Shown here: piece after piece, positions 5,912 to 12,923 of the stretch | How the letters are laid out: every line of letters starts with the position of its first letter | Numbering within the stretch: the first letter of the stretch is position 1 | Source: Longivirga aurantiaca | GTDB taxonomy: Bacteria > Actinomycetota > Actinomycetes > S36-B12 > CAIYMF01 | Length of the DNA stretch: 24,944 nt | Direction: 5' to 3' | NCBI RefSeq assembly: GCF_042660085.1 | Contig: NZ_JBHSTI010000034.1 | Coordinates: 1 to 24,944 of the forward strand | Notes under the pieces: model-generated | The model's database searches: none | The model's input: only the letters and a program-made list of their open reading frames with translations | What the model was told of the DNA's origin: nothing | Program-made: the position numbers and the translations under genes

Positions 5912-7369
5912 TCAGGGGAGGGACCAGCCGAGCTCGACGAGGGTGTCGGGGGTGAGCAGCGGGCAGGCGTCGCTGACCCAGGGCGCGACCGTCTCCTGGT
6001 CGAGCGGCACGGTGAGCGGCGTGGGCCGGAGGCCGTCGACGAAGCGGATCACAACGGACGGCGGGGCAGGGTTGACGGTGCACTCGAAGGTCCACGTGAC
6101 CGTCGCCGTGCCACCGCCCGGGGGGAGGGTGGCCCAGGGGATCTGCCCCGGGGCGGGCGTGCCGAAGGACGGGTCCTGGCTGACGCCGACCTTCATGGTC
6201 CGGTCGTCGGTGACCGTCACGCCGGCCGTCATGGTGAGCGAGGTCGTCCCGAAGGCCGGGTCGGCGACTCTGCGGACGACCCGCAGGTCGGACAGCGTCA
6301 CCGCAGGGGTGTCGGCGCAGATCGCGGCGAGGGCGCGTCGGATGACCGCCGACTGGGCCTGGGTGAAACGCAGCGGCACCTGAGCGCCGGCCAGCTGGTC
6401 TGCGGTCGCGACCACCACGGCGATCCCGTCGGTCTCGGAGTACGCCGTGCCGGCACCCAGGCTGTCGGGCACCCAGGTGCGCGGCACGTCCGGCGTGCCC
6501 GGCGCGCAGTCGGTGACCTCGAGGCGGGCGTCGACCGCCTTGGTGCCGCCGGCGACGAGGCCGCTCAGGTCTCCGGTCCAGGGGATGCGGAGCCGGTCGA
6601 GCTCCGCGCCGTCGATCCGGAGGAGGGCGTCGAAGGGCATGGTGCTGACGACGTCCATCTGCAGCGCGACGGCCGCAGCGCCGACGTCGATCCTCGTGCG
6701 TACGTCGCCCAGGCGGACGCTGCCGGCCACGGCCTGCTGCCAGCAGGTCTGGCGGACGTACTCGGCCCAGCCGAAGTCGGTGGACGGGAGGTCGGCCATT
6801 CCGGAACGCTCGCGCCCCCAGGCGTCGGTGGTGGTGACCCGCAGGTGGAAGTCGCGGGTGGTCGCCCGGATCGCGTCGTCGGTGCAGCCGATCACCGCGC
6901 GCACCACGGCGGCGTCCGGGTTCCCGCCGCCCTGAGGGGCTCCCACGGAGCTCGCGCGGATCCCCGGGCCCTCCAGCGCGTCCACCCGCACGGACACCGT
7001 CGGGTCGTCGGTGGTCGCGAGGTACGCCGCCACCGCGAGGTCGGGCTCCAGCACGCTGAGGTACGGCCCGTTGGCCTCGTCGACGGTCGCGGCCGCGAGG
7101 TCGACGGTCGCGTCGCGCCTCGGAGGCGGCTGCGCGCCGAGCCAGGCCGTCGTCCCGACGCCGAGGGCGACGACCGCGACGGTCGCGATGCCCACGACGA
7201 CCCGATGGCGTCGCAGCCACGGGGTGATGCCGGCGTCGTCGAGCCGTTCCTTCCACGCGCTGCCGGCGTCGTCGCCGACGACGTCGGACGGGCGGTCGAC
7301 GCTGCTCGCGCCCTCGATGACCGAGCCGAGGTCGTCGAGGTCGAGACGCCCGTCTCCGGGGCCGGTCAT
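5912..7369 (-). CDS. Paralog 4 of an uncharacterised single-pass membrane protein family (485 aa)
   Basis: Internal ATG at 7369 of track ORF 5912..8371, overlapping the paralog 3 stop (ATGA). N-terminus MTGPGDGRLDLDDLGSVIEG...GITPWLRRHR, then a TM helix (VVVGIATVAVVALGVGTTAWL). The ectodomain has six Cys (IGCTDD, RQTCWQ, VTDCAPG, AAICAD, FECTVN, SDACPL). Confidence 0.88.
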   Translation of the reverse strand: MTGPGDGRLDLDDLGSVIEGASSVDRPSDVVGDDAGSAWKERLDDAGITPWLRRHRVVVGIATVAVVALGVGTTAWLGAQPPPRRDATVDLAAATVDEANGPYLSVLEPDLAVAAYLATTDDPTVSVRVDALEGPGIRASSVGAPQGGGNPDAAVVRAVIGCTDDAIRATTRDFHLRVTTTDAWGRERSGMADLPSTDFGWAEYVRQTCWQQAVAGSVRLGDVRTRIDVGAAAVALQMDVVSTMPFDALLRIDGAELDRLRIPWTGDLSGLVAGGTKAVDARLEVTDCAPGTPDVPRTWVPDSLGAGTAYSETDGIAVVVATADQLAGAQVPLRFTQAQSAVIRRALAAICADTPAVTLSDLRVVRRVADPAFGTTSLTMTAGVTVTDDRTMKVGVSQDPSFGTPAPGQIPWATLPPGGGTATVTWTFECTVNPAPPSVVIRFVDGLRPTPLTVPLDQETVAPWVSDACPLLTPDTLVELGWSLP

Positions 7370-8862
7370 CCGCGCACCAGCAGCTGTCGCGGCCAGCCCG
7401 CCCCGGCAAGCGCCTCGGAGGTCTGCGCCGAGCAGCCGCGCAGGACCGCACGCGCGACCGCGTCGTCGTCGAGCACGCCGCGCCACGGCCAGGTGCGCGT
7501 GCCGTCGGTCGCCGTCACCGACACGGCCGGGGGAGCCGGCGTGCTCGCGCACGCGTAGCGCCACACGACCTCGACCGGCCCGGGGCCGGACGGCACCGTG
7601 CGCCCGGAGAAGACCGTCGGCAGACCGGCATCGCCGCGCACCTCGACCGCGGTGACCGAGCCGGACGACAGCCGTACGTCGAGCGCGATCCGCATCTGCC
7701 GCTCGTCGGACGGGCCGCCGAGCGCCTGCACGACGGGCGCGCCGACCGGTCGTAGGTCGACGTCCGGTGCCCCTGCGCACACGGCGTCGAGCGCCCCCTG
7801 CACGGTGGCCGTCTGCTCGGCGTCCAGTACCAGCGGCACCCGGGTCGTGAACTGCCGGTCGGGTGAGGCGACGTACAGCGGGATCCCGGGCGCCCGAACG
7901 GCATACGAGCTGGGCTCGAGGGTGACGGGCACTCCGACCACGGGCGGCGCGACCTGGGCGCAGCTCGTGACCGACATCAGCACCTCGGTCTGCGCGCCGA
8001 GCCCGGCGGCGAGCCCGACACGGAACGACTGGCCGACGCGCACGCCGCGGTCGTCCTGCTCCACCGGCTCGGATCCGGCCACCAGGTCGAGGGGTGCGTC
8101 GTTGGACAGGACCAGCCCGATCGTGACCGTCCCGCGTGCGAGGTCGGGCCGCGCGGCCAGGTCGTCGATGGCAATCCCGCGCCGGACGGATGACTCCCAG
8201 CAGGTGCGCCGCACCTGGGCGGCCCAGCCTGCGGCTGCGTCGGGGAGGGGGACGGTCGAGCGTGCGGTGCGACCCCAGCGGTCGGTGCGCGTCAGCGCGA
8301 GCTCGAAGTCCTCCGGCTCGGCGGACAGCGAGCGGGGGCTCGCGCAGTCGATCGTCGCCGCGGCCGACCACAGGACGTCAGCCGGTTCCGCATCGTCCGA
8401 GGTGGCGCGGATCGCCGTACCGCGAGACGCGCCCAGCCCGGGCCCGACGATGCCGCTCACCGCGACCGTGTCACCGGTGGGCACTCCGCTGACCACGGCG
8501 CGGGCCAGGACGAGGTCGGAGTCGGCGATCCACGACCCGCCCGGCGTCTCGGTGATCCGCTCGGGGACGGGCACCGACTCCACCGCAGCTACCACGCGGG
8601 GGTCGAAGGGTGGGGGCTCGTTCGCCTGGCGAACCGCGACGACGACGAGGCCGCCCACGGCCAGCACCGAGGCCGCGACGACGACGCCGCGGTGGCGGCG
8701 CATCCACGGCAGCACGCCCGCGTCCTCGAGCCGCTCGGACAGGGACGGCCGGCCGACGCCGTCCTCGAGGGTCTCGGCGGAGTCGGCGCTGCTCGCCGCC
8801 CCGATCACCGAGCCCAGCTCGTCGAGATCGAGGCGTCCGTCACCGCCGGTGCCGACCCCCAT
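7366..8862 (-). CDS. Paralog 3 of the same family (498 aa)
   Basis: N-terminus MGVGTGGDGRLDLDELGSVIG...GVLPWMRRHR, then a TM helix. Six Cys (IDCASP, RRTCWE, VTSCAQ, DAVCAG, RYACAS, LRGCSA). It is the closest relative of paralog 4. Confidence 0.9.
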   Translation of the reverse strand: MGVGTGGDGRLDLDELGSVIGAASSADSAETLEDGVGRPSLSERLEDAGVLPWMRRHRGVVVAASVLAVGGLVVVAVRQANEPPPFDPRVVAAVESVPVPERITETPGGSWIADSDLVLARAVVSGVPTGDTVAVSGIVGPGLGASRGTAIRATSDDAEPADVLWSAAATIDCASPRSLSAEPEDFELALTRTDRWGRTARSTVPLPDAAAGWAAQVRRTCWESSVRRGIAIDDLAARPDLARGTVTIGLVLSNDAPLDLVAGSEPVEQDDRGVRVGQSFRVGLAAGLGAQTEVLMSVTSCAQVAPPVVGVPVTLEPSSYAVRAPGIPLYVASPDRQFTTRVPLVLDAEQTATVQGALDAVCAGAPDVDLRPVGAPVVQALGGPSDERQMRIALDVRLSSGSVTAVEVRGDAGLPTVFSGRTVPSGPGPVEVVWRYACASTPAPPAVSVTATDGTRTWPWRGVLDDDAVARAVLRGCSAQTSEALAGAGWPRQLLVRG

Positions 8863-8894
8863 GGCCAGACCCTACGGTCGCGCCCGGCGCGGGC

Positions 8895-10433
8895 TCACGA
8901 CGCGCGCCATCCACGGGCCTCGGCCGCGACCACGTCGAGGTCGAGGCCGCAGGCGCGCGCGACGGACTGCAGCAGCGCGAGGTCGTCGACGGGAACCTCG
9001 TAGGGGTGCACGGAGCGGTCGGGCATGAGCACCCGGACCGCCATCCACTGCGGCGACGCCGTCTGCACGCCGGCGCACGACCCGCCGCGGACCGGCACGA
9101 GCATGCGTCCGGCGCCGCCGTCGATGCGGGCCGGCCCGAACGCCCACCGGTCGCCCGTCGCGGGGCCGGGCCCGCCGACCGTCGACGACTCGCTCGTGAG
9201 CACCGAGTCGACGCCCGACTCGCCGCCCGTGAAGTGCTCGCGCCCGAACGTGATCCCGATGCCGTCGGAGCGGGCCGACACGAGTGCCGGCATCTCCCAG
9301 GAGCCGCCGGCGCCGAAGGTCGGCGGGCCGACGTCGTCGATCCCCGCCGTCACGCCGGTGGCTCCGGTGCAGGCGGTCGCCAGAGTCCGAGCCAGAGACT
9401 CCGCGCCGGCCACGGGGTACGACGCGACCCGCGCCCGGCCGCCGAGGCCGACCTCGAGCGTGAGCCCGCCGGCGCCGTCCGGCCCCGACGCGTTCGGCAG
9501 TGCGCCGAGGGGCGTGAGGGCGGGCTGCTCGGTGCAGTCGTGCACGAGCACGCGGGTGGCGAGCAGGCCGAACTCCCCGGGCCGCACCACGACGGCGGGC
9601 GAGAGGTCGACCTCCACACCGGCGCCGGGGTGGCGCGCGGTGCGCAGGGTGAGCGTCTGCGGCGAGGTGTTGGCGACCTCGACGCTGAGGTCGGCCAGGG
9701 GCGTGCCGGGCACCGCGGTCGCGCGCACCGAGCCGATCGTGACGGCGGCCGGGGCGAGAGAGGCGAGGCACCAGTCGGTGATCGCCTTGTCGAGCGAGGT
9801 GACCGGCCGCGTTCCCTCCGTGGCGAGCGGCACCGTCCCGGCCTCGGGATCGCCTCCGACCTGGGACCCGGCGGCCTCGAGCGCGTACGACGATGCGCCG
9901 GCGGTGAGCAGCGACGGGTCGGTGCAGTCGACCCGCGCCGTGATGCCCACGCGCTCCTCGACCTCGCTGGTGACGGGCGCACCGGTGGCTGCGACGTCGC
10001 GCAGCGCGGGCCCGCGCAGGCCGGTGATGCTCACGGTCTCCCCGGGGGTGCGGCCGCGGGCCACGAACGCCACCGACAGCTGCCCGTCCGGGGAGATCTC
10101 CGGGCCGCCGATCGAGTTGCCCTCGAGCACGGCGTTGGCCAGGGCCAGGTCGAACGTCGGCGGCACGTACGGCGGGCGCGAGGTCCACCACGCCGTCGCC
10201 GCGAGCGCGACGACGGCCACCACCGACGTCACGCGCACACCGGCGCGGTGGCGGGCGACGAACGGCGCTGCCCGGGTGTCGACCCAGCGCTGGACCGGGT
10301 TGGGGCGCAGCTCCTCCGCGGCCTCGGGGTCGGCGAGGTCGAGCACTGTGCCCGCGACGGGTCCGCCGGCCGCGTCGACGACGCGGCCGTGCTCGTCGAT
10401 CTCGAGCCGACCGTCGTCGGTCATCGCAGGCAC
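8895..10433 (-). CDS. Paralog 2 of the same family (512 aa; the most divergent member)
   Basis: N-terminus (MPA)MTDDGRLEIDEHG...APFVARHR, then a TM helix. Six Cys (VDCTDP, TDWCLA, VHDCTE, ATACTG, GGSCAG, ARACGL). The start is GTG 10433 or ATG 10424. Confidence 0.88.
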   Translation of the reverse strand: MPAMTDDGRLEIDEHGRVVDAAGGPVAGTVLDLADPEAAEELRPNPVQRWVDTRAAPFVARHRAGVRVTSVVAVVALAATAWWTSRPPYVPPTFDLALANAVLEGNSIGGPEISPDGQLSVAFVARGRTPGETVSITGLRGPALRDVAATGAPVTSEVEERVGITARVDCTDPSLLTAGASSYALEAAGSQVGGDPEAGTVPLATEGTRPVTSLDKAITDWCLASLAPAAVTIGSVRATAVPGTPLADLSVEVANTSPQTLTLRTARHPGAGVEVDLSPAVVVRPGEFGLLATRVLVHDCTEQPALTPLGALPNASGPDGAGGLTLEVGLGGRARVASYPVAGAESLARTLATACTGATGVTAGIDDVGPPTFGAGGSWEMPALVSARSDGIGITFGREHFTGGESGVDSVLTSESSTVGGPGPATGDRWAFGPARIDGGAGRMLVPVRGGSCAGVQTASPQWMAVRVLMPDRSVHPYEVPVDDLALLQSVARACGLDLDVVAAEARGWRAS

Positions 10434-10484
10434 ACCACGGGGCGACGGTAGGCGCGGATCCGCACGTGCGCACCTGAGACGCCG

Positions 10485-11960
10485 CTACCGGACGACGCTC
10501 GCGACCGTCTGACCGCACAGCCGGTCGACGTTCACCCGCAGGGAATCGCCCCGCAGGCGCAGGACGTAGGGACGACGTACGTCGTCGCTCACGAGGCGTA
10601 CGGGGAGCTTCGGTGGGCCGGCAGCGAGCAGGTCGAAGCACTGCGGAAGGTCCCAGCGCAGGTGCAGGCGGGCGACGCCATTGCTCACGATCACCGGGCT
10701 CTCGAAGGCCGTGACGAGTCCGCCCGGCCCGGCGGGCAGCGCCTGCACCTCGACGAGGAACGACTGGGGTGCCGCGACGTCGACGTACATCGTGAGGGTG
10801 CCGGCTGACTCCTCCGTGGTGCCGCCCGCCACTCGTGCCCGCACCAGCGTCGCGGTCGGCGGGGTCGCGGTGCAGGTGGAGCGGAGCGCGGCGGCCACGG
10901 CGTCGAGGGCGGCGGTGTCGAGCGGGAGGGTGAAGGTGGGGGCGAGGCGATCGCCCTCTGGCCCGTCGCCGATCGTGGCCCGGAGCGGAACGCCGGCCGA
11001 CAGCGGTGCGACCGGGTCGGTGCAGTCCTCGGGCCACAGCCGGACGGGCACCCAGGCGTCGGTGCCCGCGGGGATGTCGACGTCGGGACCGTTGGAGACG
11101 ATCGTGGGGCCGGCGGTGGTCGAGACGTGCAGGGCCCGCCAGTCCTGGCCCGAGGTGTTGCGGACGTGCAGCCGGACGTCGGTGGCGATGGCGCCCGGCA
11201 CCGCCGCGACGTCGACGGCCTCGACCGTGAGGTCGCGCTCCGCGGCGATCTGCACGCACGCGGCGCGGACGTCGTTGAGCCACTCCTCGCCGCCCGCGAG
11301 CGGCACGGAGTCCTCCCGCACCTCGCCGAGCGCGGACGTGCGCCGGATCTGCACGCGGTAGTCGCGGGCGCGGGCCGACGCCACCGCTGCCGTCGCCTCC
11401 GGTGTCGAGCACTCCACCTGCGAGGTCATCGCGCCCGTCACGGTGTCGCCCGGCAGCGCGCTGATCACGCGCGACTGCGGACGGCTGAGACCCGGGCCCA
11501 CGACGCCGATGGTCTCGACGGTGGTGCCGGCCGGCTCGTCGGAGCTCAGCAGCACGAGCTGGGTGATGGCGGTGACCTGGCCGGTGGCGGCGTCGACGAT
11601 GAGACGGGCGGGCTCGTTGCCGCCGGTCGTGACCGCTACCCGGGGATCGGCCATCGGCGTCGGGCGCCCGCTCCACCAGATGCCGCTCGCGATGAGCGCC
11701 ACCGCGAGCGCGACCACGGCCGTGCCGGTGAGCGCGCGGTGGCCGCGGACCCAGGGCAGCGCGCCGGTCGACTCGAGGTGCTCGCGGATCCGCTCCGACA
11801 GCAGCGGCCGTTCGTCGTCGCCGACGATGTCGAGGGTCGTCGTCTCGTCGAGGTGGTCGAGATCGAGCCGGCCGTCGAGGCTGTCGCCGTACCGCGTGCC
11901 GTCCTCGGACCTGCCGCCGCGCGCGCGTCCCCACCCGCCGGGGGGAGGGGACGTGGTCAT
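10485..11960 (-). CDS. Paralog 1 of the same family (491 aa)
   Basis: The ATG lies 12 nt after the HAD gene stop. N-terminus ...SLDGRLDLDHLDE...GALPWVRGHR, then a TM helix. Six Cys (VECSTP, RAACVQ, PEDCTD, RSTCTA, PQCFDL, DRLCGQ). Confidence 0.9.
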   Translation of the reverse strand: MTTSPPPGGWGRARGGRSEDGTRYGDSLDGRLDLDHLDETTTLDIVGDDERPLLSERIREHLESTGALPWVRGHRALTGTAVVALAVALIASGIWWSGRPTPMADPRVAVTTGGNEPARLIVDAATGQVTAITQLVLLSSDEPAGTTVETIGVVGPGLSRPQSRVISALPGDTVTGAMTSQVECSTPEATAAVASARARDYRVQIRRTSALGEVREDSVPLAGGEEWLNDVRAACVQIAAERDLTVEAVDVAAVPGAIATDVRLHVRNTSGQDWRALHVSTTAGPTIVSNGPDVDIPAGTDAWVPVRLWPEDCTDPVAPLSAGVPLRATIGDGPEGDRLAPTFTLPLDTAALDAVAAALRSTCTATPPTATLVRARVAGGTTEESAGTLTMYVDVAAPQSFLVEVQALPAGPGGLVTAFESPVIVSNGVARLHLRWDLPQCFDLLAAGPPKLPVRLVSDDVRRPYVLRLRGDSLRVNVDRLCGQTVASVVR

Positions 11961-11972
11961 GGCCGCTGCTCG

Positions 11973-12779
11973 CTACGCCGCCGAGCCGCGACGGCGGCTG
12001 GCGTACCAGGCGATGCCGAGCGCCACGGTGGCGGCGCCCACCCGCAGCGCGGTGCGGCGGTTCTTCTCGGTGTTGAGCTGGGAGAGCCGCTCGCGCATGG
12101 TCTTCATCGCGACGGGCCGGGCGAAGTCGACGATCGGCCACTCGCGGTCGACCGCGATCTTGCGCAGCGGGGCGTCGGGGTTCACGCACACCGGGTGCCC
12201 GACGATCTCGAGCATCGGCAGGTCGGTCATCGAGTCGGTGTAGGCGTAGCAGTCGGCCAGGTCGTAGCCGTTCTCCTCGGCGAGCGCGCGCATGGCCTCG
12301 GCCTTGCCCTCGCCGTACGCGTAGAACACGATCTCGCCGGTGTACTTGCCGTCCTCGATCGCGACCTGCGTGCCGATCGCGCGGTCGACGCCGAGGCGCT
12401 CGCCGATCGGCTCGACCACCTCGGTGCCGGACGAGCTGATGATGATGACGTCGCGCCCTGCCTCCTTGTGCTGCGCGATGAGGTCGACCGCCTCCTCGTA
12501 GACCATCGGGTCGACGATCTCGTCGAGGGTCTCGGACACGATCTGCTTGACCGTCTCGACGTCCCAGCCGCTCACGAGGTCGGACATGTACTTGCGCATG
12601 TACTCGAGCTGGTCGTGGTCGGCGCCGGACGCGACGTAGGAGAACTGCGCGTACGCGCTCTTGAGGACGTCGGCCCGCCCGAGCAGGCCACCCTTGTAGA
12701 ACGGGCGCGCGAACGCCAGCGAGCTCGACTTGGCGAGGATCGTCTTGTCGAGGTCGAAGAACGCAGCGCTGCGGGACAT
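11973..12779 (-). CDS. HAD-superfamily (SerB-like, subfamily IB) hydrolase with a C-terminal membrane anchor
   Basis: Internal ATG at 12779 of track ORF 11973..13601. HAD motif I is FFDLDKTIL. Further motifs are IISSSG and the YTDSMTDLP region. The C-terminal helix is LRVGAATVALGIAWYASRRR. A TACCAT box lies 6 nt upstream of the ATG. Confidence 0.9.
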   Translation of the reverse strand: MSRSAAFFDLDKTILAKSSSLAFARPFYKGGLLGRADVLKSAYAQFSYVASGADHDQLEYMRKYMSDLVSGWDVETVKQIVSETLDEIVDPMVYEEAVDLIAQHKEAGRDVIIISSSGTEVVEPIGERLGVDRAIGTQVAIEDGKYTGEIVFYAYGEGKAEAMRALAEENGYDLADCYAYTDSMTDLPMLEIVGHPVCVNPDAPLRKIAVDREWPIVDFARPVAMKTMRERLSQLNTEKNRRTALRVGAATVALGIAWYASRRRGSAA

Positions 12780-12785
12780 GGGTCG

Positions 12786-12791
12786 ATGGTA
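12786..12791 (-). promoter_or_regulatory. Candidate -10 box TACCAT for a leaderless HAD (and possibly paralog array) transcript
   Basis: On the minus strand: TACCAT, then 6 nt (cgaccc), then ATG at 12779. Confidence 0.35.
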
Positions 12792-12833
12792 GGCGCGCTG
12801 GCCGACCGCGGTGCGCCTCTGGACGCCGCTTCG

Positions 12834-12871
12834 TCGTCCACAGCCCGTCACGCGCGGCGCGTCGTCCACAG
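12834..12871 (+). promoter_or_regulatory. Direct-repeat pair of TCGTCCACAG (extended to CGTCGTCCACAG), 28 bp start to start, upstream of ssd
   Basis: Exact copies at 12834-12843 and 12862-12871, in the 144-bp divergent HAD/ssd intergenic region. The same motif pair recurs upstream of flp. Confidence 0.5.
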
Positions 12872-12923
12872 GCGACGCCAGGCGGAACCGGTCTCCGGGG
12901 GTGGTCGTCGGGACGGTCGGGCC

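Noticed and set aside
10454-10469. Adjacent short palindromes GCGGATCCGC and GCACGTGC between paralogs 1 and 2
   Set aside because: They are too short to be distinguished from chance in GC-rich DNA and cannot form a stable hairpin, because the loop would be too small. Noted only.
12780-12923. Expected 6C sRNA between the HAD and ssd genes
   Set aside because: As I recall, mycobacteria and corynebacteria carry 6C RNA in this intergenic region. Here I find no pair of hairpins with loops of six or more C on either strand, only the TCGTCCACAG repeats. I cannot call 6C without a covariance-model search.
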